DNA from: an uncultured Myxococcia bacterium
GTDB taxonomy: Bacteria; Myxococcota_A; JAVEVO01; CAYZFJ01
DNA length: 64,000 nucleotides
Reading direction: 5' to 3'
NCBI GenBank assembly: GCA_964477705.1
Contig: CAYZFJ010000001.1
Span: forward strand, 11,380 to 75,379
Part shown: positions 1 to 10,351 of the stretch, piece by piece
Numbering within the stretch: the stretch's first letter is position 1
How the letters are laid out: each line of letters opens with the position of its first letter
Position numbers and translations under genes: made by a program
Notes under the pieces: model-generated
Databases searched by the model: none
What the model was told of the DNA's origin: nothing
What the model saw: only the letters and a program-made list of their open reading frames with translations

Positions 1-1
1 G

Positions 2-262
2 AAGAAGAAGGGGTTCCCGGTACCTGTATTTTCTTGGTTGAAGGATAAGAATGGTTTGGGAGGCCTGGCCATGGAGTCCCTCACTTCGTCCTTATCTATC
101 TGCCGGGATCTGTTCCCTGTAGATTCAGTTCGCTCACTGGTGGAGAGGCAACTCTATGGCGAAGGGGATGCGGGGGCCGAGGTGTATACCCTCATGTTCT
201 TGAACGCATGGTATGAACAGGTGATCAGGGGTCGCAAGGTTTATACTGGTGGAGAACTTTGA
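2..262 (+). CDS. C-terminal fragment of an asparagine synthase (glutamine-hydrolysing)-like protein, 5' truncated by window edge
   Basis: ORF open to window start in frame 2; C-terminal K-x-G-F-x-V-P-x-x-x-W-L motif typical of AsnB-like enzymes of polysaccharide loci; followed by a glycosyltransferase. Confidence 0.4.
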   Translation, partial: KKKGFPVPVFSWLKDKNGLGGLAMESLTSSLSICRDLFPVDSVRSLVERQLYGEGDAGAEVYTLMFLNAWYEQVIRGRKVYTGGEL

Positions 263-1679
263 TGTTCAATGGTTCAGCCTGCGAAAAATGGCTCCATGGA
301 AGGAACAGGAATACGGGACGAATAAGGAGGTTGGAGCAATGTGGGGAATGGATGGTGGTCCGAAAGGCGGGCAGGACAAGACCCATGCCGTGCAAACTGA
401 ACCAGCCGGGGAGCCAGGCCTGAGGCAAACGGGAAGGGGAGCGTTGACTGCCCCCCCCAGGCAGGAAGAAGCAACGGCCGTTCTCACCTCTGGCGAGATC
501 TCCAGGTTGCTTAGCGGATGGGACATAATCACTTTTGCCAACGACTGGGAAGGGGATCCACTCTCTAAAAAGCATTTTATGAAGCTGGTTGCAGAGCATA
601 GCCGGGTTCTCTGGGTCAACTCGTTGGGAAACAGAACCCCTAAGGCCTCAGCCTCTGACCTGAAGCGGATTGTTAATAAACTGGGTTCCTTCTTTCGGGA
701 ACATCTGGGTAATCCTGAGCAGAATATTTATGTGCTCAGACCGTTGGCGTTGCCACTCTTCGGATTACCCTGGGCTGAGAAGCTGAATCGCCATATGTTG
801 GGGATGCAGATACGGGCGGTGATGAGGAAACTAGGCTTCCAGAAGACCCTGATCTGGAGTTTCCACCCCAGCGCTGCCTGGATTATGGGGGCTGTTAATG
901 AGGATGCAGTGATGTATCACTGTGTTGACGAGTTTTCTGCCTTCGCTGGTGCACCCACAGAGTCGATTCTAGAATTGGAGGCCAGGTTGGCTGTGGCGTC
1001 TAATCTGGTAATTTGCTGCTCGGCTCCCCTGTATGAACGTAAAAAGAGCCTTAACCCAAAGACGTTTATGGTAAGGCACGGGGTGGATGTGGCCCACTTC
1101 CGCAAAGCCCTTGACAGTACACTCCCCATTCCCGAAGATCTGGCCCAAATTCCCGAGCCGAGGGTGGGATTCTTCGGGCTGATTGCTGAGTGGATTGACC
1201 AGGAACTTATGGGGCAGGTAGCCCGGCTCATGCCCGACGTGTCCTTTGTCTATATCGGAAAAGCAGCGGCAGATACCTCCATGCTGCAGGACGGTAATCC
1301 CAATGTTTATCTGCTCGGTCACCGTTCCTATGATCTTTTGCCTGGATATGCCAGGGGGTTTGCTGCGGCGGTGCTCCCATTTGCCCGAGGTGAGCTTGCA
1401 GATAGTGCCAATCCACTCAAGTTGCGTGAATATTTGGCTGCCGGACTACCGGTAGTCAGCACTGGCATACCTGAGGCGGTGGCCCTTGAGCCAGCCGTAA
1501 GTACGGCGGATCAGGCAGCGCCATTTGTGGGCCACCTGCGCCGCATTCTGGGAGAAAGTGTCGGGCCCTCCATGGAGCGTTCCCGGTTGATGGACAACGA
1601 GGACTGGGAACACAAGTTCAGCCAGATTATCAGTTATCTGGCCCCTCACCTATCTGCACAGACCGAGTCCATTGAGTAA
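249..1679 (+). CDS. Glycosyltransferase (GT-B, GT4-like C-terminal domain) with low-complexity N-terminal region; true start uncertain (ATG at 339 possible)
   Basis: 476-aa ORF; C-terminal half has the GT1/GT4 donor-binding pattern (FGLIAEWIDQ..., E...K). N-terminal ~100 aa Gly/Pro/Gln-rich. Confidence 0.5.
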   Translation: MENFDVQWFSLRKMAPWKEQEYGTNKEVGAMWGMDGGPKGGQDKTHAVQTEPAGEPGLRQTGRGALTAPPRQEEATAVLTSGEISRLLSGWDIITFANDWEGDPLSKKHFMKLVAEHSRVLWVNSLGNRTPKASASDLKRIVNKLGSFFREHLGNPEQNIYVLRPLALPLFGLPWAEKLNRHMLGMQIRAVMRKLGFQKTLIWSFHPSAAWIMGAVNEDAVMYHCVDEFSAFAGAPTESILELEARLAVASNLVICCSAPLYERKKSLNPKTFMVRHGVDVAHFRKALDSTLPIPEDLAQIPEPRVGFFGLIAEWIDQELMGQVARLMPDVSFVYIGKAAADTSMLQDGNPNVYLLGHRSYDLLPGYARGFAAAVLPFARGELADSANPLKLREYLAAGLPVVSTGIPEAVALEPAVSTADQAAPFVGHLRRILGESVGPSMERSRLMDNEDWEHKFSQIISYLAPHLSAQTESIE

Positions 1680-1702
1680 TACGCAATATTGTTTGAATGG
1701 AT

Positions 1703-2251
1703 TCAGCTACTGACCACACCTACCGTTCGCTCAATAATGAAGGCAACCAATGAGGTTATTAATACGAAAAAGATCATCTTGATGATGGAGCGAGCCATAC
1801 CCATTCTGCTGATTTTTCCTATATAGATACCGAGCAGGACCATGACTACTAGGACAATGGCGATTGCGGTGATTGCTGCGGGGATGGCATCCAGGAACAG
1901 GAAAGGAAGAACTGGCATCACTCCGCCCACCATTGACGATATCGCATCCATTATTGCCCCTTTGTGCACAGTCTGCTTGAGGCGTTCTTCCTGGATGGTG
2001 GCTCGCAGAGGGATGGTCATTGCCTCTTCGACCTCTTTCAGATACCGGTATTGCTCAGCATATTCAGCGGTAAAGGCGGCCCACAGGTTGGACATGCCAT
2101 TGGCCATACTTCCCGCCAGACCTGCTGCAATAACGATGGTCGAATCCGGGTTGAGAGCGCCTATGACTACGCCCAGGACAGAGAGGCTTCCGTCCATGAG
2201 GCCTCTGACCATGTATCTAAGGTTCATGGATTTCTTTCGGGCATGGGGCAA
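1703..2251 (-). CDS. VIT1/CCC1-family (DUF125) iron/manganese transporter
   Basis: 182 aa, 5 predicted TM segments, conserved E/M-rich cytoplasmic loop typical of VIT family. Confidence 0.6.
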   Translation of the reverse strand: MPHARKKSMNLRYMVRGLMDGSLSVLGVVIGALNPDSTIVIAAGLAGSMANGMSNLWAAFTAEYAEQYRYLKEVEEAMTIPLRATIQEERLKQTVHKGAIMDAISSMVGGVMPVLPFLFLDAIPAAITAIAIVLVVMVLLGIYIGKISRMGMARSIIKMIFFVLITSLVAFIIERTVGVVSS

Positions 2252-2312
2252 TCACCAGCATACCAGGCCGGACCAAGCCGGACCCAACTGCGAAAAGCTA
2301 AAGTAGCGGGTC

Positions 2313-2609
2313 TTAGTCGGGACCGCCTATGGGCATTACTTCTCCAATGTTGATTCTGGATGTGAGAACTCTATCAAGGGAATGTATGCTTCCTCCCAGG
2401 CCTCGGATGGTCTGGGCGATCTCATCCAGGTTCAACTCCTGCCCTTTGATGGTTAGCTTCAGGCTTTCTGTACGTGCATCGAATTCCACTACCGAAATGT
2501 TCACTGCATCGATTCCCTTGAGGGCGTTGATGGCCTGGGCATAGGTGACCACATTGGGCTCGTGGGGTTTCAGTACGTCGAGGACTAGCAGTTTAACCTT
2601 GGCATCCAC
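2313..2609 (-). CDS. DUF211-family small protein (commonly paired with VIT/DUF125 genes)
   Basis: 98 aa; N-terminal LVLDVLKPH motif characteristic of DUF211; sits immediately upstream of the VIT gene on the same strand. Confidence 0.5.
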   Translation of the reverse strand: MDAKVKLLVLDVLKPHEPNVVTYAQAINALKGIDAVNISVVEFDARTESLKLTIKGQELNLDEIAQTIRGLGGSIHSLDRVLTSRINIGEVMPIGGPD

Positions 2610-2912
2610 TGTGTTCTCCCGTTGTATTCATGATTGGAATGATGATCCTCACAGACCATCGATCAAGTGGATACTTGTTCCGGAGAGCTTCAAGAGGAAG
2701 TGGAAGAGGGTAAAGAAGACATGCGCCTAGGTGACGCTTGCCTTTGAAAGCATGGGAGTCTACCACTGAGATCTGGCTGTATTAAAAGTAAAATGGCTTT
2801 GGTTTGTTGCTTGAATGATTTGACGGTATGCATGACCTGCGTTAATTTTCCTGATTGTTTAAATCTAATGTGAGATGTCATTCTCCCATCTCTGGTTTGC
2901 AGGAGGAACTGC

Positions 2913-3947
2913 GTGAATTTAGCGGAAGCACTTATTCTCGGCGCCGTACAAGGATTGACTGAGTTTCTTCCTATCTCCTCTTCGGGCCATTTGGCCTTGG
3001 GCCACTGGTTTCTGGGTGGGGCAACTGGGGAGAACGATCTGTTGTTTGATGTTTTTGTACATGTGGGCACTCTGGTGGCTGTTTTTGCCGTATTTGGCCG
3101 GGATGTACTCAAAGTGATAACAGACACTTTTGCAGTGCTGGTCGGGGTGGTCAGGACCAGGTCGTCTATGGCTTCGCTTCTGCAAGAGAAGCCCTTTGCC
3201 ATGCTCGGGTTGATGATTGTGCTGGCAACCATCCCTACTGGTCTGATTGGTCTCTTCTTTGGTGACTCTCTTGTAAATCTTACCACTACACCCATCACCG
3301 TGGGTGTAGCTCTGCTGGTGAATGCCGCCATTCTCATGTCTGTAAAGGTGTTCAGGAGGACGGCTGTTGACTATGCAGGCGGTGCAGGTGATGCGGGTGA
3401 TGCGGTGCCTGGTGCTGGAAGCGACATCAGGGGAGCCCGTCTCCAACAGCCTGTATCCTCGCAGGCTGTCTCCTCCGCCGCTGTCTCACAAAACCAGATA
3501 CCATTTCAGGGTGTGGGGACGCTCGCCTTACTCCGTACCGTCTTAATTATCGGCATCGGTCAGGGGCTAGCCATAACAAGGGGTATTTCCCGGTCTGGAA
3601 CAACCATTTCGCTCGCTCTCTTGTTGGGACTCAAACAGGAAGAGGCTGCAAGATTCTCATTCATGCTCTCTATTCCTGCCATCCTTGGAGCTATGGTTCT
3701 TGAACTGGGCAAAGTGGAGCCTGGAGCTATGCTGGTTGCATCCGGCAGCGCTGCTGCTGCAGGCGCTGGTGCGGGTATGGGATTGGCGCAGCTCTTGCCC
3801 TATGTGGCTGGGTTTGTGGTGGCCGCTCTGGTGGGGTACCTGGCATTAAAATTCCTGTTGGGTGTACTCAGGAAGGGTGGGCTGCATTATTTTGCCATAT
3901 ACTGCTTTGTGCTTGGAGCTACGGCTATCGCTTATTCCATCATCTAG
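2913..3947 (+). CDS. uppP: Undecaprenyl-diphosphate phosphatase UppP/BacA, carrying a ~50-aa Gly/Ala/Ser-rich insertion; GTG start
   Basis: GLTEFLPISSSGHL signature near N-terminus, C-terminal SRSG motif, multi-TM. Confidence 0.8.
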   Translation: MNLAEALILGAVQGLTEFLPISSSGHLALGHWFLGGATGENDLLFDVFVHVGTLVAVFAVFGRDVLKVITDTFAVLVGVVRTRSSMASLLQEKPFAMLGLMIVLATIPTGLIGLFFGDSLVNLTTTPITVGVALLVNAAILMSVKVFRRTAVDYAGGAGDAGDAVPGAGSDIRGARLQQPVSSQAVSSAAVSQNQIPFQGVGTLALLRTVLIIGIGQGLAITRGISRSGTTISLALLLGLKQEEAARFSFMLSIPAILGAMVLELGKVEPGAMLVASGSAAAAGAGAGMGLAQLLPYVAGFVVAALVGYLALKFLLGVLRKGGLHYFAIYCFVLGATAIAYSII

Positions 3948-4223
3948 GGATGCTGGTCAGAATTCTGGTCAGAATTGGGCAGTGGCGTGGTAGTCTGGTA
4001 CTTGACGAAAATGATTGTACACACCAAGGATTTGTAGTTGACCTCCACGACGGTGATAACACCGTAGTCTCCGTTCTGGTACGGTAACTGCAGTTGGTCC
4101 AATTCAAATAGTCGCTGATTGTTCATGAGACGTTGTCCCGGTTGCCACAGCGACCGCTTCCGGGATGCACGTTCAATCAACCCAAGCTGAGTTCAGACGT
4201 CGCAATCTCAAGGAGTATCTTTG

Positions 4224-5597
4224 ATGGCTAATGTTACAGTTAACCGGAACATCTTTAGAGAATACGATATCAGGGGAATTGTCGAGCGGGATATGCCTCC
4301 TGAGGTGGTTTACCTACTTGGCAGGGGTGTCGGAACCTACCAGCGGCGCCGCAATGTGAAGAGGGTAGCCCTTGGGAGAGACTGTCGGCTTACTTCGGAC
4401 ACCATGGCTGTGCACTTCTCTGACGGATTGCTTGCATCGGGCCTGGATGTGATCTGGGTGGGAGTTGTCCCTACCCCATTGTTATATTTCGCTTGCCACG
4501 AGCTGGATGTGGATGGTGGAGTGATGATCACCGGTTCGCATAACCCTGCGGAATATAATGGCTTCAAAGTACTGGTTGGCACTGAGACTATCCATGGATC
4601 CCAAATCCAGGAGATCGCATCCATCATTGAAGCCGGTGATTTTGAAGAAGGTAATGGGGTGCAGACCCACCAAGAGGTGACTACAAAATACCTGGCAATG
4701 GTGAAGGAGAATATTCGCCCGACAAAATCTCCCGTGAAGGTCCTTATCGATGCGGGTAATGGTACGGGTGGGGTTGTAGCTGCCCCCCTGTACCGCAGCC
4801 TGGGGCATCAGGTATCAGAGCTTTATTGCGAGATGGATGGGCGATTCCCTAATCACCATCCTGACCCCACCATTGAGGCAAATCTGGTCGATGCCAAGCA
4901 GGCTGTGGCCAAGGGCGAGGTGTCATTGGTTATCGCCTTCGATGGAGATGCGGATCGTATTGGTGTGGTGGATGATAAAGGCTCAATCATCTGGGGCGAT
5001 AAGCTGATGATTCTCCTGTCCCGTCAGATCCTCAAGGAGAAGCCGGGAGCAACGGTGATTGGTGAGGTGAAATGCTCCCAGACGTTGTTTGATGATGTTA
5101 AGGCTCATGGCGGTAACCCCATTATGTGGAAGGTGGGCCATTCCCTCATCAAGGCTAAGATGAGGGAGACAGGTGCCATGCTTGCCGGTGAGATGTCTGG
5201 CCACATTTTCTTCAAGCACCGCTACTACGGTTATGATGATGCCATCTATACGGGGGCCAGGCTGCTGGAGATTCTCTCTGAAACCGGCCAGTCCGTCTCT
5301 CAGTTGCTGGCTGATGTGCCTGCTACTGTTTCCACTCCGGAGATCAGAATAGATTGTCCTGACGAGATCAAGTTCCAGGTGGTTGATGCAGCAGTGGATT
5401 ATTTCCGCAAGCACCATGAGGTTGTTGATGTAGATGGTGTGAGGGTCATGTTCAGAGATGGAGCATGGGGTCTGGTGAGAGCCTCCAACACTCAGCCAGC
5501 CCTGGTGATGCGTTTCGAGGCCAGGGATGCGAGTACACTTACAGGTGTGCGAGCCGTGGTGGAGGATGAGGTTAATCGGCTAATGGCTTCCATGTGA
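4224..5597 (+). CDS. Phosphomannomutase/phosphoglucomutase (alpha-D-phosphohexomutase family)
   Basis: TGSHNP active-site serine loop, GEMSGH sugar-binding loop; AGGAG RBS 8 nt upstream of ATG at 4224 (ORF track starts at TTG 4221). Confidence 0.75.
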   Translation: MANVTVNRNIFREYDIRGIVERDMPPEVVYLLGRGVGTYQRRRNVKRVALGRDCRLTSDTMAVHFSDGLLASGLDVIWVGVVPTPLLYFACHELDVDGGVMITGSHNPAEYNGFKVLVGTETIHGSQIQEIASIIEAGDFEEGNGVQTHQEVTTKYLAMVKENIRPTKSPVKVLIDAGNGTGGVVAAPLYRSLGHQVSELYCEMDGRFPNHHPDPTIEANLVDAKQAVAKGEVSLVIAFDGDADRIGVVDDKGSIIWGDKLMILLSRQILKEKPGATVIGEVKCSQTLFDDVKAHGGNPIMWKVGHSLIKAKMRETGAMLAGEMSGHIFFKHRYYGYDDAIYTGARLLEILSETGQSVSQLLADVPATVSTPEIRIDCPDEIKFQVVDAAVDYFRKHHEVVDVDGVRVMFRDGAWGLVRASNTQPALVMRFEARDASTLTGVRAVVEDEVNRLMASM

Positions 5598-5653
5598 TTA
5601 TTGGATTTGATATTTGATTTTTGTTGGTGGTGTTTTGCGTATTGGGAGGAGAG

Positions 5654-6628
5654 ATGAAGCCGGCGTATGCAGGAGTTGATCTGGGAGGGACCAACCTGAG
5701 GGGGGTGGTCGCTGATTACAGTGGCCAGATTATTATTGAGCAGGCGGTCCCTGTTGGGTTGGACAGGGAGCCTCACTCTATAGTGGTCCGGATGGGGGAC
5801 CTGGTTGGCCAATTGTCCAATAGGGCAGCAGAGAAGGGGTATTCAGTTCTCGCTGCTGGGTTTGGCATAGCAGGCTGGTACAATAATACCACTGGTATCA
5901 TGACTAATTCTCCCAACCTTGGCTGGCGAAACGTCCCCTTGAAGCAGATGGTTGCTTCTACTGTCTCTATCCCCTTTTTTATATTCAATGACCTGTCGGC
6001 AGTTACATATGCAGAATATAAGCTGGGAGCAGGGAAGGGGAGCACCAATATGCTGTGTGTGTTTGTGGGCACGGGAGTTGGCAGTGGTATGGTGCTCAAT
6101 GGGATGATTTTCGAGGGAACAGAAGGGTATGCGGGTGAGTTGGGGCATATCCCCATTTTTCCAGTGGAGACCGGCGAGAAATGCTCCTGTGGTGGGTGTG
6201 GTCATCTGGAAGCCTATACGGGAGGGTTTGGGATTGAGTGCAGGGTTAAAGGCCGATTTGCGATTCAGCCCGATCAGTTTCCCGGGATGGATGAGCTTAC
6301 CGGAGGAGATCCTCATCAAATAACTGCGGCAACTGTGACGGAAGGGGCACGGAGAGGGTGGAAGTGGGCCCTGGACGTGCTGGATGAGGCAGCTACTTAT
6401 CTGGCTATGGGGCTCTCTACCGCACTGTGTGTTCTCAACCCTGACACGGTTATTCTGGGCGGCGGCGTGATGGAAGGTTCGGAGATATACAGAGAGATGA
6501 CTCTTCAGAGATTACACAAGTATGCTCTCCCCATGACCGTTGAGAATGTGGCCATACGAAAACCGGAGCTGGGGAGCAAGGCGGGCATTGTGGGAGCGGC
6601 CATCTTGGCCCGGGATCATCTCTTGTAG
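5654..6628 (+). CDS. ROK-family sugar kinase (glucokinase-like)
   Basis: N-terminal DLGGTN ATP-binding motif; CSCGGCGHLE zinc motif of ROK family; GGGAGGAG RBS before ATG 5654. Confidence 0.7.
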   Translation: MKPAYAGVDLGGTNLRGVVADYSGQIIIEQAVPVGLDREPHSIVVRMGDLVGQLSNRAAEKGYSVLAAGFGIAGWYNNTTGIMTNSPNLGWRNVPLKQMVASTVSIPFFIFNDLSAVTYAEYKLGAGKGSTNMLCVFVGTGVGSGMVLNGMIFEGTEGYAGELGHIPIFPVETGEKCSCGGCGHLEAYTGGFGIECRVKGRFAIQPDQFPGMDELTGGDPHQITAATVTEGARRGWKWALDVLDEAATYLAMGLSTALCVLNPDTVILGGGVMEGSEIYREMTLQRLHKYALPMTVENVAIRKPELGSKAGIVGAAILARDHLL

Positions 6629-6893
6629 GCGAAAGAAAGAATAGTTGGTTGCATCAGGCAATTATTGCCATCCTTTCTGGTTTCTTCTAATTCCATTCTT
6701 AGTTTCCTGATGAGAATTGTTTGCTGGTTGGCAGGGCTCAATGTGCAGTCATGACCTGCCCAGTATAACTCTTTTGTTCATCAGCTCTTGCTGGCTAGCA
6801 TCACTTATCAAATTTAAATCCAATAAAGTGCTCAAGAGCCCCATTGGCTGAGGATGGTAATGGAGGTTTGAGCAGACTGCGGACGGGTGTTTT

Positions 6894-9800
6894 GTGGAAA
6901 GTCGATTTATTGTTGATCTCACGGGCACAGGTGTTGGTGTAGCTGTGGAAATGGGTGGAGGTGGAGATGGCGCGGGAGAGGGATGGGTGGGGCAATGGGG
7001 AGGAGACCTATCGGATTCCCGTGTGCTGCTGACGCTGGGAGGGAAGGCGCTTGGGCTGGCCAGGCTTTCCCGTGCCGGGTTTCCTGTGCCTCGTGGCATT
7101 TGCGTGACCACTCGGGCATGGCGTCATGTGGTCTTGCATAATGTGCTGAAAAAGGTCAGATGGGCTGGGAATATCTCCCTTGCTGATAATTTGTCGAATA
7201 TCAGGCAGGCAATTGTTGATGGACTGATTCCCCAAGAGTTGATGATTCAACTGGAAGATGCTTATGTGCGGCTCTCAGAGGGGGGTAGAGTTCCGCTTGC
7301 AATCAGGTCATCGGCCATAAGTGAAGATGGTCGTTCTGCCAGTTCTGCCGGGATGTTGGCGTCTTATCTCAATGTCTCTGATTTCTCGCACATGATTCGG
7401 AGTATCAAGCTCTGCTGGGCTTCCCAATGGACCCTGGAGGCGCTTTTGTATCAGCACCGGATGTTAGACCTGGTTGATGGTGAAGGTGGTGAAGGTGGTG
7501 GAGACAGAGGGAGGGAAGATGTGCAGAATTCCCTTACACAGATTGTTCCCCAGATGGCAGTGGTGGTTCAGCAGATGGTTTCGCCCCATGTGGCTGGTGT
7601 GTTGTTCTCCCAGGAGCCGGTTACTGGTATGGGCGACAGAGTGGTCATTTGTGCGGCAAGGGGCTTGGGGGAGCATGTGGTAAACGGTGAAGCTGTGGAT
7701 ACTTATGTGGTGGCAAAGGAAGATAAGCGGATCCTTGAATTTACAGCACATGGTCATTGTCAGCAGGGGCAGCTCAATCAGATTGATGAGCGGCTGGGAG
7801 GAGATGATAAGAGACAGGGCATAGAACAGGCTGAACGGGTAGTGATGGATGAGATCTTGTCCAGTGAGATGATTAATGATCTGGTCCAGATGGCATGTGC
7901 AGTGGAGATTGCGATGGGGGAACCCCAGGATATTGAGTGGGCTATCGCTAATGGCCAGATCTGGCTGCTGCAGGCACGCCCCATCACCACATCTGCTTCA
8001 AATCCCGCATCTTCATCCATTGACCCGCATGGCCCTGGAGGGCAGGGTGCATCTGATTCATCACAGCAGAGCCTTCAGCCACTGTTCAACCCATCGGTTA
8101 AAGCTCACCATTCATCATGCGCAGACAACGAACCGGCAGTCTGGTCCAGCGTTAATGTGGGCGAAGCATTGCCAGGCGTGGCCACCCCTCTTACATGGTC
8201 CATTATCCGAAGCTTTTCACGACGCGGGTTTCAGATAGCATTTGGTTCACTGGGGCTCACGGTTCCCGCCCGATTTGGGCTGGTTGGCAGCATCAGGGGC
8301 AGGGTTTATCTGAATATCACTGAATTCATGGATGTGGCCTCAGCAGTTCCCTTTCTTGACGTTCAGACTCTTCTCGCCCTGGGAGGAGGCTTCTGTCCAC
8401 CTCGGGTGGCTGACGTCTTGCAGGAGATGGCGAGCAGAAAGAAGAAGAGAGCTTTGCCTTATCTGCTCAAAATGCCGCTGATTGCTACCAGGATGCTCTT
8501 GTCTCATCTGTTCACGCCTCTTAGGGCATCTCTCAATTCGAGAAAGCTTGAGCAGTTCCTTAAACAGACCAATGCCCAAGCGTCCCAATTGAATGATTGG
8601 TCAAGTAGGCAGTTGACTGCCAAGTTAGAAGAAACCGACAGTATTTTTACTACAACTGGTGAGGTGATGCTTGCTGCCGCTTCCAACTGCCTGGCTTCGA
8701 TAATTATGGTACGAGTGTTGCTGAGGTTGGTGGTGGGAGAATCTGTCAGTCGTGAGGAGCAACGGCTCTTCGCTGGACTGGGTGTAAAGAGTGCAGCACC
8801 CGGACTGGATCTGCTGAAGCTGGCTGGTCAGGTATCCCTCTGCCCGGAATTAAAGGCTGCTCTCCTATCTGCGATTGGCCAACAGGGCCGTGGTGCTCTG
8901 GAGACGTTAAGAGAGAGTCCAGCGGGTAAGTGCTTTCTGGATGGCCCTTTCTCGGAATTTCTGGATCGGCATGGTCACCGTGCAATCCGTGAAACCGAGC
9001 TCTCTGTGTCGAGATGGAGAGAGGACCCTGTCTTTCTGCTGGGGGTCCTCTCCCGCCATATACGGGATGCTTCGGTGGAGGGGCGGGGCATGGGCGTCCA
9101 AGATGGTGGCAGCAGTACAAGTATCACCAGTGCCACCAGCGCTAACAGTGCTAACAGCACCAACACTACCACGCAGAGCAGCGCCACTTGCAGTAGCAGG
9201 CTGAGAGAGGTTGTGCAGCCTGACCATGGAGATGCTGTGGTTGTTGCTGGATGGGAGCGAGAGAATACTGCCCTCGCTCTTAGAAAGCGGGCGACCATGG
9301 AGGTGGCGTCTCACCTTCCCAGGCTGCTGCGTCCTCTCTTCTATCTGCTTCTGGGCCACGCCCAGAGTGGAACCAGGCGCAGGGAAGCGCTGCGATCAGA
9401 TGTGGTGCAGTTGTTGGGCGTGTACCGGATGCTCTTTCGTGAGGCCGGACGCAGGCTCTCTCATGAGGGATATCTCTCAGAACCTGACGATGTCTTTTTT
9501 ATGAAAGCTGGAGAGATTGCCCATTACCTGCACTTGCTGACCGGACAGGACCAGAAATCGTCTGGCCGTAGCGATAATGCTGGTTCTCGCATAGGTGCTG
9601 ATGAATCTATTGTTCAGGCTGGGTTAGCAAAGGAGCAGAGCATGGACCGATCCGCTTGCTCCACAGATGTATTGCGTCGGAAGATCATATTCTCTCTGGA
9701 CCAATCCTTACCCGAACCCCCCTCCACATTTATTGCGGGAGAGAAGCCATTCCATCATGGAGGCTCGCTGGAAATAGAATGTGTTTCGACATCGAACCAC

Positions 9801-10142
9801 GAAGGGAAGAAGCGGGGGAGTGTGCTCCGTGGTCTGGCAGCTTCGCCGGGAAGGGTGGTCAGTCGGGTGAGACGGCTGGATAGCCCTGAACAGTGGAGTA
9901 AACTGGCGACAGGCGAAATTTTATTGATACGTAGTGTGGATGTGGGATGGACGCCTCTCTTTCTGGTAGCTGGAGGAATGATCACTGAGCAGGGAGGTCC
10001 TCTGAGTCATGGGGCTGTGGTGGCTAGAGAGTATGGGCTTCCGGCAGTAGTAAATGTGCCTGGTGCCCTAGATGTGCTGGAAGCTGGCATGTTGGTGGAG
10101 GTTGATGGGGACAAGGGAATAGTCACTATCATTGAACAATAG
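6894..10142 (+). CDS. PEP-utilising enzyme with rifampin-phosphotransferase-like architecture (N-terminal PPDK_N ATP-grasp + C-terminal swivel phosphohistidine domain, no TIM barrel), with low-complexity S/T/N insertion; start uncertain
   Basis: N-terminal pyruvate-phosphate-dikinase PEP/pyruvate-binding-type region; C-terminal GGPLSHGAVVAREYGLPAVV mobile-domain motif at extreme C-terminus. Confidence 0.6.
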   Translation: MESRFIVDLTGTGVGVAVEMGGGGDGAGEGWVGQWGGDLSDSRVLLTLGGKALGLARLSRAGFPVPRGICVTTRAWRHVVLHNVLKKVRWAGNISLADNLSNIRQAIVDGLIPQELMIQLEDAYVRLSEGGRVPLAIRSSAISEDGRSASSAGMLASYLNVSDFSHMIRSIKLCWASQWTLEALLYQHRMLDLVDGEGGEGGGDRGREDVQNSLTQIVPQMAVVVQQMVSPHVAGVLFSQEPVTGMGDRVVICAARGLGEHVVNGEAVDTYVVAKEDKRILEFTAHGHCQQGQLNQIDERLGGDDKRQGIEQAERVVMDEILSSEMINDLVQMACAVEIAMGEPQDIEWAIANGQIWLLQARPITTSASNPASSSIDPHGPGGQGASDSSQQSLQPLFNPSVKAHHSSCADNEPAVWSSVNVGEALPGVATPLTWSIIRSFSRRGFQIAFGSLGLTVPARFGLVGSIRGRVYLNITEFMDVASAVPFLDVQTLLALGGGFCPPRVADVLQEMASRKKKRALPYLLKMPLIATRMLLSHLFTPLRASLNSRKLEQFLKQTNAQASQLNDWSSRQLTAKLEETDSIFTTTGEVMLAAASNCLASIIMVRVLLRLVVGESVSREEQRLFAGLGVKSAAPGLDLLKLAGQVSLCPELKAALLSAIGQQGRGALETLRESPAGKCFLDGPFSEFLDRHGHRAIRETELSVSRWREDPVFLLGVLSRHIRDASVEGRGMGVQDGGSSTSITSATSANSANSTNTTTQSSATCSSRLREVVQPDHGDAVVVAGWERENTALALRKRATMEVASHLPRLLRPLFYLLLGHAQSGTRRREALRSDVVQLLGVYRMLFREAGRRLSHEGYLSEPDDVFFMKAGEIAHYLHLLTGQDQKSSGRSDNAGSRIGADESIVQAGLAKEQSMDRSACSTDVLRRKIIFSLDQSLPEPPSTFIAGEKPFHHGGSLEIECVSTSNHEGKKRGSVLRGLAASPGRVVSRVRRLDSPEQWSKLATGEILLIRSVDVGWTPLFLVAGGMITEQGGPLSHGAVVAREYGLPAVVNVPGALDVLEAGMLVEVDGDKGIVTIIEQ

Positions 10143-10351
10143 AACAATAAGCGGTTAGATTGGTGACTGGTTTTCAGAAAACGGAAGTATTGCTTTCCTT
10201 TCGTGTTATGCTCTGCACAGGTGCTTTGCAAGAAGATGTCTGTTTGTTCGTTTGTATTATAAGAGTTACACTCATTGTCTTGGCGCGTTTTTAGGCGGTC
10301 ATGGTGGCCGAGCCGCATGTCTACATGCGTTTTTGAGAGTGTGAGGTGATA

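Noticed and set aside
3944-4180. 78-aa minus ORF and a 12-bp x2 tandem (ctggtcagaatt) between uppP and the phosphohexomutase
   Set aside because: No homology signal or RBS; tandem is only two copies; treated as intergenic
9100-9200. Repetitive gctaacagt/gctaacagc units in the PEP-enzyme gene
   Set aside because: Only 2-3 imperfect copies encoding an S/A/N/T tract; too short to call a microsatellite
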